A DNA stretch of 64,000 bases from positions 32,001-96,000 of the IMG/VR virus record IMGVR_UViG_3300034063_000636, one strand, 5' to 3'. The first letter of the stretch is position 1; every line of letters starts with the position of its first letter. Shown here piece by piece: positions 1 through 8,152 of the stretch. Both the position numbers and the translations under genes were made by a program. The notes under the pieces are model-generated. The model had not been told where the DNA came from and did no database searches. It saw only the letters and a program-made list of their open reading frames with translations. The stretch is from a virus.

Positions 1-27
1 TCAGTCGCAAAAGTTCTTGCTGGCTAA
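1..27 (+). CDS. 3' end of an upstream gene (partial, SVAKVLAG*)
   Basis: Frame 1 is open from the window edge to TAA at 25-27 and is followed by an intergenic leader; too short to identify. Confidence 0.3.
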   Translation, partial: SVAKVLAG

Positions 28-62
28 ATAATACTACCTTTTTCTATTATTGGGAGTATAAT

Positions 63-221
63 ATGTCTGAAGTGAAACAATATCCATGCGCATGCGGACG
101 CAGTCCGACTGGCTATTGCATTGGTTTGCATGCAATGACATCTGAGCAATACAAGAAGTATCTTGAAGAGCAACAGAAATCATTGAATGAACAGACAAAG
201 CCACAGTTTCTAGTTGATTAA
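63..221 (+). CDS. small CDGSH-like iron-sulfur/zinc-binding protein (52 aa)
   Basis: Below the ORF-track cutoff. Translates MSEVKQYPCACGRSPTGYCIGLHAMTSEQYKKYLEEQQKSLNEQTKPQFLVD*. C-x-C-G-R-S-x4-C-x-G-x-H resembles the CDGSH 3Cys-1His motif. SD GGGAG at 52-56. Confidence 0.7.
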   Translation: MSEVKQYPCACGRSPTGYCIGLHAMTSEQYKKYLEEQQKSLNEQTKPQFLVD

Positions 222-500
222 TGGTTGTAAACTGACAATTAAAGGTGTTCTGGACTCGGGTTCGACCCCCGACATCTCCACCAAATGCCCATCACCTCTG
301 CATTAATGTACGTGGTGGCTATCTTATGGGGATGAATTTGGCTTCGACAGGGCAAGTAATAACCTGACAGCAACCAGTGAGGCGACTGACTTAATCAGCG
401 CAAACAAAGTAAACGCAAACGACGATTACTTCGAAATGGCTCTCGCTGCTTAATTGCAGTATGAGATTACCAGAGTTGACCGCTTGGTAACAGAAAGGTC
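222..500 (+). ncRNA. ssrA: two-piece (circularly permuted) tmRNA: acceptor piece ~222-283, intervening segment 284-327, coding piece from 328; tag (A)ANDDYFEMALAA at 415-453
   Basis: T-arm TCGGG-TTCGACC-CCCGA (256-272) then CATCTCC-A-CCA (273-283) lies upstream of GGGGATG (328-334). These pair as a 7-bp acceptor stem with the G3:U70 Ala identity pair. P2-like pairings: CAGGGCA (348-354)/TGTTCTG (246-252) and CAACCA (371-376)/TGGTTG (222-227). Tag ORF runs GCA AAC GAC GAT...CTC GCT GCT TAA. Pseudoknot candidate at 467-500. Outer ends are approximate. Confidence 0.93.
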
Positions 501-502
501 TG

Positions 503-534
503 GGTTGGTGGTGCGAACCACCAACCTTTTCTTT
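503..534 (+). terminator. rho-independent terminator after the tmRNA
   Basis: GGTTGGTGGT-GCGA-ACCACCAACC perfect 10-bp stem with GNRA loop, followed by TTTTCTTT. Confidence 0.85.
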
Positions 535-560
535 CCACTGCAATAATGGAGGCAACTAAC

Positions 561-1199
561 ATGAATGCAGTAGATATATTACATAATGTTGAAAAATATT
601 TTGATCGCAATCACAATTTGTTCTGTATGTGGGGTGGATTATTCTCCCTAATATTTTTCGGAATCTTTATCCCATACAGAATGTTGGCAATACAAGAAGC
701 AAATCTTAATGCTCAATTGTCAGCATACCAAACTCAAAATTCATATCTTGCCACTCAGGTCAATGATATGTCTCATGAAATGAAATTTTTGAAACTCAGT
801 TATGACGAAAAGCAAAACGTCATGCGAGAAGTTGATTGCCTTGCAAAAAACATTTACTTCGAGGCAAAGGGTGAACCACGCGCAGGTAAAATTGCCGTGG
901 CTGAAGTCACAATGAATCGTGTAAAGAGCAAGCAATTCCCTCGTTCTGTTTGTGCAGTAGTTTATCAAAAGACCAAAGGCACTTGCCAATTCTCTTGGGT
1001 GTGTGAGGGAAAGAAAGTAATTCGCAATCGTGCAGCATGGAAAGAGTCTTTGCAAATTGCTGAGACTATATTGATTTTAGACAGGAAGTACGGTATAATT
1101 GGATCTGCAAAGTATTTTCACGCAGACTATGTTGATCCATCTTGGGCAGAGAAAAAGAAACTGATTCGCAAGATTGGCAATCATATATTTTATCATTGA
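561..1199 (+). CDS. SleB/CwlJ-family cell wall hydrolase (Hydrolase_2) with N-terminal membrane anchor and coiled coil
   Basis: CLAKNIYFEAKGEP..G.IAVAEVTMNRV..FP.SVC.VVYQ...QFSW...YFHADYV.P.W...IGNHIFY. GGAGG at 548-552 favours the start at 561 over 546. Confidence 0.9.
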   Translation: MNAVDILHNVEKYFDRNHNLFCMWGGLFSLIFFGIFIPYRMLAIQEANLNAQLSAYQTQNSYLATQVNDMSHEMKFLKLSYDEKQNVMREVDCLAKNIYFEAKGEPRAGKIAVAEVTMNRVKSKQFPRSVCAVVYQKTKGTCQFSWVCEGKKVIRNRAAWKESLQIAETILILDRKYGIIGSAKYFHADYVDPSWAEKKKLIRKIGNHIFYH

Positions 1200-1205
1200 G
1201 GCTTT

Positions 1206-2228
1206 ATGAGAATTATTGAAGACGTTAAGTTGGACTATAAAGATGTCCTCATCACTCCGAAACGTTCTAACCTTTCTTCAAGAAGCGAAGTAAATCTAGA
1301 AAGAATATTCACTTTCAGAAGTGGCAACAGTTGGAAAGGCGTTCCAATTATTGCTGCAAACATGGATGGTATTGGCACTCTAGAGATGGATTTAGAGTTT
1401 GCCAAACATAATTGTATGGTTGCTTTGACCAAACATTATGGTGAGTCTGAATTAAACAGTCACTTTGCGCGAAGATTAGACAGTAGCATCTATTCTCTTG
1501 GCACTTCTGGCGAAGATTTAAAGAAATTCGATGAAGTGTATAATATCGTCGGAAATCGAAACATGAGAGTTTGTATTGATGTTGCGAATGGTTATACACA
1601 AGCCTTTGTAAATTTCGTTCGTCATTTTCGCGATCGTTATCCTTATGTTGTATTGATGGCAGGTAATGTTGTCACACCAGAAATGACAGAAGAACTAATT
1701 ATCGGCGGTGTTGACATCGTGAAAGTTGGTATTGGTCCTGGCTCTGTTTGCACTACACGCAAAAAGACAGGCGTCGGCTACCCGCAGTTGAGTGCAGTGA
1801 TTGAGTGTGCGGATGCTGCTCATGGTCTCAAGGGTCATATCATAGCGGATGGAGGGTGTTCCGTTCCTGGGGACGTTGTGAAAGCATTTGCTGCGGGAGC
1901 CGATTTCGTGATGCTTGGTGGAATGTTGGCAGGTCATAAGGAAGGCGGAGCGAGTGCACTGGGCGGAAATAAATTCTACGGAATGAGTTCTGATACTGCA
2001 ATGGATCTGCATAATGGTGGTGTTGCCAATTACAGAGCATCTGAAGGCAAGACTGTAGAGATTCCATATCGCGGTGAGGTAAAACGAACTATGCAAGATA
2101 TTTTGGGTGGATTACGTTCGGCATGTACTTATGTGGGAGCAAGTGAATTGAAAGAGTTGAGTAAGCGCACAACGTTTGTTCGTGTGACTCAGCAGTTGAA
2201 CAATTCCTTGAGTGAATATGAGATCTAA
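1206..2228 (+). CDS. guaC: GMP reductase (type 1)
   Basis: [71 protein letters not shown]; no CBS domains. Confidence 0.93.
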   Translation: MRIIEDVKLDYKDVLITPKRSNLSSRSEVNLERIFTFRSGNSWKGVPIIAANMDGIGTLEMDLEFAKHNCMVALTKHYGESELNSHFARRLDSSIYSLGTSGEDLKKFDEVYNIVGNRNMRVCIDVANGYTQAFVNFVRHFRDRYPYVVLMAGNVVTPEMTEELIIGGVDIVKVGIGPGSVCTTRKKTGVGYPQLSAVIECADAAHGLKGHIIADGGCSVPGDVVKAFAAGADFVMLGGMLAGHKEGGASALGGNKFYGMSSDTAMDLHNGGVANYRASEGKTVEIPYRGEVKRTMQDILGGLRSACTYVGASELKELSKRTTFVRVTQQLNNSLSEYEI

Positions 2229-2229
2229 T

Positions 2230-2451
2230 ATGGCAAGTCGCGAAGAAAAAAATAACTTTTCTATGATGATCATGAATTTGGCGATTCAAGAAAAGATTGA
2301 TCACATGGATGCAATCACTTCATACTGCGAGCGTAACAATCTTGAGATTGAAGTTGCTGCAAGTTTGATCAATGATTCTCTAAAGAGTATCATTGAAGGT
2401 GAAGCAATGGAGTTGAGATTCTTGCCGCGAGGAAGTCGATTGCCTCTATGA
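2230..2451 (+). CDS. gp33: late promoter transcription coactivator gp33
   Basis: MDAITSYCERNNLEIEVAASLINDSLKSIIEGEAMELRFL motif; lies immediately before gp59 and gp32 as in T4. Confidence 0.85.
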   Translation: MASREEKNNFSMMIMNLAIQEKIDHMDAITSYCERNNLEIEVAASLINDSLKSIIEGEAMELRFLPRGSRLPL

Positions 2452-3056
2452 ATGGATACGATTTGTATTGCATCTATCAAGCCATCAAGTTGCATTTCAC
2501 TTCAGAGAGTTATAACTTCTTTCAATATGATGGCAAAACTCGAGTATCAGTAGATGCATTTCAAAAACGCCGTGACAAGTTTCTATTCCACCGCCTTGCG
2601 CGCAAGTATCGCGACGATGAGATGGTTCCATTTCTGGTTGCTAATTTTGTACACAGTGATGATAACTGGACCAAGTCATTGCTTGAAGACCAGGCTGAAG
2701 AAACTTATCGGTATTGGAAACGAACCACCGATTCCATGAGCAAAGTATATTTGGAAGATCTGCAGAAGATTTGTCCAGATCCAAAAGAGTTTAACAATTT
2801 ATTTAAAGTTGAAGATGGACAATTTCCAAAATTGTTAGTCGCATTCCTCCAAAAAGATGTAACGATTGAGACTCTTGTGATTCTTAATAACATCTTCAAC
2901 TTTATACAAATTTGGGACAAGAAGATTTCAGATGATATCATCTATCCCAAAGTGTCAAGAAAGGTGCGCAAGTATGGTGCTTTTCTTGCGGTGAACGTTG
3001 ACAAGTATAAGCAATTGACAAAGGAAACTTTACTTGCTGACGAAAATACTATATAA
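2448..3056 (+). CDS. gp59: helicase loader gp59
   Basis: Y.IYQAIKLHFTSESYNFFQYDGK...RRDK.LF..LARKY...FLVANF; synteny 33-59-32. Confidence 0.9.
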   Translation: MNGYDLYCIYQAIKLHFTSESYNFFQYDGKTRVSVDAFQKRRDKFLFHRLARKYRDDEMVPFLVANFVHSDDNWTKSLLEDQAEETYRYWKRTTDSMSKVYLEDLQKICPDPKEFNNLFKVEDGQFPKLLVAFLQKDVTIETLVILNNIFNFIQIWDKKISDDIIYPKVSRKVRKYGAFLAVNVDKYKQLTKETLLADENTI

Positions 3057-3057
3057 T
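3029..3057 (+). promoter_or_regulatory. putative early (sigma70-type) promoter for gp32
   Basis: TTTACT-N17-TATAAT, resembling the T4 early GTTTAC/TATAAT pattern. Confidence 0.5.
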
Positions 3058-3125
3058 GATGTTGTGATGATGAAAAAAGTGGACAAGTCGATATACATTA
3101 ATACTACGCTATACGGAGAATACAA

Positions 3126-4025
3126 ATGAGTCTAGCAAATCTAAAGAACAAGAGTTCTTCTCTTGATAAGTTGAAGAAGGCAGTTGAGCAATCCTCTGCT
3201 GGTAACGGTGGTGGCAAGAACGTTGATGAGCGTTTTTGGCAACCAGAAGTTGACGCTGCTGGCAACGGATACGCAGTTATCCGTTTCCTCGATACGCCAG
3301 CCGTTGACGGTGAAGATGGTCTACCGTGGGTACAAATCTGGTCACACGGTTTCCAAGGTCCAGGTGGTTGGTACATTGAGAATTCTCTCACTACACTTGG
3401 CAAGACCGATCCTGTTTCTGAGTACAACACTGTTCTGTGGAACTCAGGTATCGAAGCAAACAAAGAAATTGCTCGCAAACAAAAGCGCAAGTTGACGTAC
3501 ATTGCAAACGTTCTTGTGATCTCTGACGCCAAGCGTCCGCAAAATGAAGGCAAGGTTTTCTTGTTCAAGTTCGGAAAGAAAATTTTCGACAAGATCAAGG
3601 AGCAACTTGAGCCGCAGTTTGCTGATGAGACTCCAATGAATCCGTTTGACTTCTGGAAGGGTGCGAACTTCAAGGTCAAGATTCGTAACGTCGAAGGCTA
3701 TCGCAACTATGACAAGTCGGAGTTTGAGGCTCCTGCTGCATTGTTGAATGGTGATGATGCGAAGATTGAGCAGGTTTGGAAGTCTGCATATTCACTCAAG
3801 GATTTCCTGAAGCCTGAAAACTTCAAGACCTATGATGAACTTAAAGCGAAGTTGGACAAGGTTCTTGGTGCTGGTGGCGTGTCTGGCGCAACCGCCAAGC
3901 GAGTTGATGATGAGGAAGCAGCCGCTCCTGTCATTCGCTCTGCTCCAGCCAAGAAAGTAACTGCTGAAGAAGTCAGCGTCGATGATGACGATATGGCATT
4001 CTTCGAGAAACTTGCTGCTGAGTAA
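3126..4025 (+). CDS. gp32: single-stranded DNA-binding protein gp32
   Basis: DERFWQPEVD..GNGYAVIRFL, WSHGFQGPGGWYIENSLTTLG, KFGKKIFDKI, NPFDFWKGANFK, YRNYDKSEF, acidic C-terminal tail. Confidence 0.97.
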   Translation: MSLANLKNKSSSLDKLKKAVEQSSAGNGGGKNVDERFWQPEVDAAGNGYAVIRFLDTPAVDGEDGLPWVQIWSHGFQGPGGWYIENSLTTLGKTDPVSEYNTVLWNSGIEANKEIARKQKRKLTYIANVLVISDAKRPQNEGKVFLFKFGKKIFDKIKEQLEPQFADETPMNPFDFWKGANFKVKIRNVEGYRNYDKSEFEAPAALLNGDDAKIEQVWKSAYSLKDFLKPENFKTYDELKAKLDKVLGAGGVSGATAKRVDDEEAAAPVIRSAPAKKVTAEEVSVDDDDMAFFEKLAAE

Positions 4026-4053
4026 TTTCGATTAGAAAACCGTAGATGTTTTC

Positions 4054-4078
4054 AGGGGGACTTCGGTCCCCTTTTTTT
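4054..4078 (+). terminator. rho-independent terminator with cUUCGg tetraloop at a convergent junction
   Basis: GGGGAC-TTCG-GTCCCC followed by T7; second hairpin GAAAAC..GTTTTC at 4035-4053. Confidence 0.9.
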
Positions 4079-5429
4079 ATCTTCCATAACCAATGTATTG
4101 TGGGTGATTAGAGTCTGCACCAGCAAGACGATTGAAAGTATTTTCGTTACTGAATACTCTTTCAGTTTTTGCGTCTGCTGCCTTTGCAGTGATTGTTCTA
4201 TTGTTATTGATTACAATTGGTGCTGACGATTTCTTTTCTTCTGTTGAACTCTTATAATCATCAAGCATTTCTGAGAAAGCATCTAAATCGTCTTTCTCTT
4301 TCTTAGCATTTAAAATTTGTTGTGTGTCAGATGTAATTGGGTTCATCGAAGATTCATCTAAATCTGCTGCAGATGATTCTTCGAGCGATGCATCATATTC
4401 ATTTTCTCGCATCTTGACTTGTTTTAAAATTTCTCCTGCATTATCTCCGCCATAAAAGTCAGCATACAATCGTTTAAATCTTTCCCATGGGTTATTACTT
4501 TCCTCTTCTTCATTTTTTTCTTTCATATCACTAACATCTTTATACACTTTTTTACAATATGATTCTTCTTCTCGTTTCCCACTTACTAAGATATCTTCTA
4601 TATCTTCTTCGTCAGTCAATCCCTCAACATCAATGCTTTCAATTTCTTCAGAAAGATCATCGATATTTTCGTCTTGGGTTTTTCCAATTACAGTAATATC
4701 CTCAATCTCATCATAGATGTCATCTAGAGTATCATCTTGCGTCTTACCAATGACTTTTATTTCTTCAATCTCATCATATATGTTATCTAACGTTTCATTG
4801 AATTTGTCATTAATGTATGATGGTGTAGGTTGCTCTGTGTCATCAGTCGGTGTTTGAACAAAATCTTGTTCTACTAATGAATCTATAATTGGTTGAACAA
4901 ATGGTTCAACTTGTGTTTGTTCTAGAACTGGTTCTTCCTGCGCACTATTTGGCTGAATGTTTTGCAGAAAGTCCCACGTACCATCATTGAAATTGAAATC
5001 TAAACCTTCCAATCCAGCTAATGTTCCAGTGTCTGTTGTTGACAATGCAGCTGCAGCATTTTGCATTGTTGGATCTTGTGCACCAGAATTAAAGGTTTTT
5101 CTCATTGCCTCTTGAATGTCCTCTAAATTAGAGAACGATTGAGGCATTTGACTCGGGTCAAATTGAATGTCTTGTTTTGAATATGTTGGTTCTTCAGCCT
5201 TCTCTGGCATCTCACCCAACCTTTCGTCGATTGCAGATGAAATCATATCGTTGATCATCTTTGTGTCTGTACCAACCGCATCTTTCATCATTTGAGATGC
5301 ATCAGGCTTAAACATGTCAACTAGATCAGCTGATGCAAACGTTCCGCCACCAAATCGTTTGGCAAATCCGTTTTTTAACTGATCACCTTTTTTTGCAAAA
5401 GGAGACATAAATTCTGATCGATCAATCAT
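4077..5429 (-). CDS. acidic tail protein in the tape-measure position (gp29-like), with 21-aa repeats carrying TonB-box-like motifs
   Basis: Follows the gp26/gp51-like pair; C-terminal SAPIVINNN stretch resembles T4-like gp29 termini; very D/E-rich; repeats DEIEEIKVIGK / DEIEDITVIGK. Confidence 0.5.
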   Translation of the reverse strand: MIDRSEFMSPFAKKGDQLKNGFAKRFGGGTFASADLVDMFKPDASQMMKDAVGTDTKMINDMISSAIDERLGEMPEKAEEPTYSKQDIQFDPSQMPQSFSNLEDIQEAMRKTFNSGAQDPTMQNAAAALSTTDTGTLAGLEGLDFNFNDGTWDFLQNIQPNSAQEEPVLEQTQVEPFVQPIIDSLVEQDFVQTPTDDTEQPTPSYINDKFNETLDNIYDEIEEIKVIGKTQDDTLDDIYDEIEDITVIGKTQDENIDDLSEEIESIDVEGLTDEEDIEDILVSGKREEESYCKKVYKDVSDMKEKNEEEESNNPWERFKRLYADFYGGDNAGEILKQVKMRENEYDASLEESSAADLDESSMNPITSDTQQILNAKKEKDDLDAFSEMLDDYKSSTEEKKSSAPIVINNNRTITAKAADAKTERVFSNENTFNRLAGADSNHPQYIGYGR

Positions 5430-5587
5430 TTATTCTTTCTCTGTAATTGTCGTTCTCTTATCTTATCATTTTCTTCTTTCACATGTTGCGCCACTAATGC
5501 AACATATGTCGCTCTTTCCCACGGGAGCATATTTTCGAGTTCACTTAAACTATATCCATGATGCTGCATTAATGCAAAATTAGTCAT
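5426..5587 (-). CDS. gp51: gp51-like baseplate hub assembly protein (53 aa from ATG; probably reached by -1 frameshift from the gp26-like ORF)
   Basis: Below the track cutoff. MTNFALMQHHGYSLSELENMLPWERATYVALVAQHVKEEN is a characteristic T4-like motif; its TGA overlaps the next ATG. Confidence 0.8.
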   Translation of the reverse strand: MTNFALMQHHGYSLSELENMLPWERATYVALVAQHVKEENDKIRERQLQRKNK

Positions 5588-5619
5588 ATAATATGTTTTC
5601 AAACTCTCATTACGAAGGC

Positions 5620-6342
5620 TTATACGAAAAAATCGAGGAGACCCTCCAGTTTGATGGTATGGTTTCTATCACACTTACCACAAACTAATTCATTCTTATA
5701 TCTTAACATTGGCATCTCTAAGAAAAAGTTTTTAATTTTCTTGAATTGCTCAGTGGTTAAATTGTTTATGAATTCATCAAACTCGCCTTGTTGCATCTCA
5801 TTAATATTATACACCTGATTCTCATCGTAAAGATACTCAGTACATTGCTTGATAATTTCTGTTGGAGCATCTTTTGTGTTGAGTTTCTCAACTAATACTT
5901 TAGAGATTTCTATTGTCGGATATCTCAATTTAATTCCAACATTGCTTGTTAACGGAACCAAACTGTTTGAGGGTTTATGTTCATATGCAACTTTAAGTAA
6001 GTCAATATCAAGCTGCATCTTTCCTTTACACTTCTTATTCTTATCCACAATATTTTCACAAACGTATTCTAATGAAACAATTTCTCCAATTGATCTTGCT
6101 CGTAGATTCAAGAACAAATATTCAATCTCATATAATGGTAAAGACTCAACATCTATCTGATCAACAACACAATTGTTGACAATTTGTTTAATTGCATCAA
6201 GACTTGTCTCATAATCTCTGGACTCTAAAGCCATCAAAAGAATTTTTTCTTCTTTGACAACAAAAGGGCGAAAGGTTATGTCTTTGCCTAGAGATTCTAG
6301 TTTAAGTTTAAATGTTGGTAAATCAATTTTTGGTATAGCCAT
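5620..6342 (-). CDS. gp26: gp26-like baseplate hub subunit / assembly chaperone
   Basis: MAIPKIDLPTF..FRPFVVKEEKILLMA..EYLFLNLRARSIGE..GIKLRYPT..CGKC..EGLLDFF. Confidence 0.88.
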   Translation of the reverse strand: MAIPKIDLPTFKLKLESLGKDITFRPFVVKEEKILLMALESRDYETSLDAIKQIVNNCVVDQIDVESLPLYEIEYLFLNLRARSIGEIVSLEYVCENIVDKNKKCKGKMQLDIDLLKVAYEHKPSNSLVPLTSNVGIKLRYPTIEISKVLVEKLNTKDAPTEIIKQCTEYLYDENQVYNINEMQQGEFDEFINNLTTEQFKKIKNFFLEMPMLRYKNELVCGKCDRNHTIKLEGLLDFFV

Positions 6343-6356
6343 AAATCACTCCATAG

Positions 6357-7145
6357 TTATCGTGGGTCGACGTTTCTTCTTCCTCGACCCACCACATCAA
6401 TGCTCGTCAAGACTTCTCTGTCACTTGTTGTTCCTCTGACATCAATATCTGTCAAAACCTCATTTCCATCACCAGTTCTTCCAACAACATCGATACCAGT
6501 AAGAACTTCTCTGTCTGCTGCTCTTCCAACGACCTCAATATCTTCAAGGACTTCTGGTGCCTCGTTATCATTTCGTTCATATCGGTCTGCATTGAAACTT
6601 CTCCAGTAACGATATGAGAAGTTGACATCTATTCTTACTGCTTCTTGCTCAGCCCATGATCCCTTTACTTCACTCACAGCAATCGGAAATACTTCATATA
6701 ATCTCACTCCATATGAAATCCTATTTCCATCTTCGGAGATTTGATACACATCAATTTCTCCGATGTAATCATCTCTATATCTAAAGTCGAATTTATTTTC
6801 TTTTGGATTGATATAATTCAACCAAGCATCAAAGAAGGTTTTTTGACGCATATCATCATCAACTAAGAATGTGGTTGAGACATCTTTATACTCAGAACGA
6901 ACTGGGATGTTCATTTTTGGTCCACCCAAGTAAAGATCGTTTGTGAGTATCTCATATCCTGGAATCAAAACAGACTCAGCATAGTATGTGAGATAATTAT
7001 CTTTATTTTTATAATTCAGAATGTTGACTAGTTCTGTTGGTGGCTTGATTACAATGGCAATCTTATTGAGTCGTGAAAATCCGCTCTTTCGAACCTCTGA
7101 GAGAAAGTTGTTGATGTTTAGTGTTTTTCTTGGATTGAGCGCCAT
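6357..7145 (-). CDS. gp54: gp54-like tail tube initiator (gp19 fold) with four C-terminal EVLxxIDVVGR repeats
   Basis: GFSRLNK..AESVLIPG..TFLVDDD..FFDAW..YRDDY..LYEVFPIAV..VNFSYRYW is typical of tube-fold proteins at this locus. Confidence 0.7.
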   Translation of the reverse strand: MALNPRKTLNINNFLSEVRKSGFSRLNKIAIVIKPPTELVNILNYKNKDNYLTYYAESVLIPGYEILTNDLYLGGPKMNIPVRSEYKDVSTTFLVDDDMRQKTFFDAWLNYINPKENKFDFRYRDDYIGEIDVYQISEDGNRISYGVRLYEVFPIAVSEVKGSWAEQEAVRIDVNFSYRYWRSFNADRYERNDNEAPEVLEDIEVVGRAADREVLTGIDVVGRTGDGNEVLTDIDVRGTTSDREVLTSIDVVGRGRRNVDPR

Positions 7146-7696
7146 TAACCAAAACTCCTCATTCGTTCAACTGGAAGAAATACTGCAGTCTCCCAGAAGT
7201 TTGGTTCTACATATATCAGTGGTGAAACTAGTTGATCATAAAGATATCTTCTATAGCAACTTCGAACAGCACCAGAGAATTGGCTCATGTTGGATAGGAG
7301 ATCATAGGACAATAAAAATCTTGTAGAATCGTCATATTTATCGTTGTTTAAGAACATCGACAATCCATCCAGAATACTCATTCTTTCTCCTGGACCTAGA
7401 AAGTGTAGATTGATGCCAGCGAACCCATCACCATCTACAACCATTGGAAGAACTAGAGGAAATTCATCCCATTGCGAGAGTCTTTCTTTTGTGAGTGGAT
7501 CATATCGAAAGAAGAACATTCTTCCAACTGCAGCGAATGCAGTAACTCGCTTTGCATCGTTCAGAATATTAGATCTATTGGATGGAATTGAGGCTTTGGC
7601 TACCATGCCTTGTATGAACTTTTTGGCTTCTTCAGTTCTTGGCTTGATCCCTTTCTTTGCCATTCCCTTTTCAATTTTTTCGAGTAGTGCTCCCAT
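7145..7696 (-). CDS. gp2: DNA end protector protein gp2
   Basis: GRMFFFRYDP.TK..L..WD.FPLV..GFAGINLHFL..R...CYRRYL..WETAVFLP. Confidence 0.88.
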   Translation of the reverse strand: MGALLEKIEKGMAKKGIKPRTEEAKKFIQGMVAKASIPSNRSNILNDAKRVTAFAAVGRMFFFRYDPLTKERLSQWDEFPLVLPMVVDGDGFAGINLHFLGPGERMSILDGLSMFLNNDKYDDSTRFLLSYDLLSNMSQFSGAVRSCYRRYLYDQLVSPLIYVEPNFWETAVFLPVERMRSFG

Positions 7697-8130
7697 CAGA
7701 TTCCTAATTCATCCTCTGTGATTAGACTAAATCTCCATTTTCTATCCATACAGTATTCATTTGCTGCCTTCCACTTTGCTTCGTTCACACCCCAAGTTGC
7801 AACTTCTTGGATGTATTGCTTTGTGATACGACTCTTTGGTTTAGGAGGAGATGCTTGACTCTTTGGCTTAACTTCTAGAATCATACTTTCTTCTAGACCA
7901 TTTCTATTCTTAACTTTCACGAAAAAGTCTGGAAAGTACCGATGCCATCTTCCATCTACTGGGGATAAATAAGGAATAACGATCTCTTCGTTCGACCATC
8001 CGATTACACTTGGATTTTCATCCAGATGCACCATGACTCGGCGTTCCCATAACGATCGATACCAAATGTTCGTATGGTCACCTAAATATTTACTGATGTT
8101 TTTCGGACTGTATTTGCCGCTGTATGCCAT
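7696..8130 (-). CDS. gp4: head completion nuclease gp4
   Basis: MAYSGKYSPKN..KY.GD..I.YRSLWER..WSNEEIVIPY.SP.D..HRYFPDF..EVKP..N.AKW.AA; ATG at 8130 preferred over TTG at 8133. Confidence 0.92.
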   Translation of the reverse strand: MAYSGKYSPKNISKYLGDHTNIWYRSLWERRVMVHLDENPSVIGWSNEEIVIPYLSPVDGRWHRYFPDFFVKVKNRNGLEESMILEVKPKSQASPPKPKSRITKQYIQEVATWGVNEAKWKAANEYCMDRKWRFSLITEDELGI

Positions 8131-8134
8131 CAAT

Positions 8135-8142
8135 TATTTATA
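8135..8142 (-). promoter_or_regulatory. T4 late promoter TATAAATA for the gp4 operon
   Basis: Perfect TATAAATA on the minus strand, 4 nt before the gp4 ATG. Confidence 0.8.
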
Positions 8143-8152
8143 GGAAATCTCA

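Noticed and set aside
252-283. tRNA-Ala gene or attP-like tRNA fragment
   Set aside because: There is no anticodon arm, and the matching 5' strand lies downstream with a tag ORF, so it is the acceptor piece of a permuted tmRNA
1206-2228. IMP dehydrogenase (guaB)
   Set aside because: SVCTTR, DVANGY, FYGMSS, YRASEGK and the MRI.EDVKLD start match type-1 GMP reductase
3058-3125. T4-style gene 32 autoregulatory pseudoknot
   Set aside because: The leader is short and AT-rich and I could not find convincing pairing
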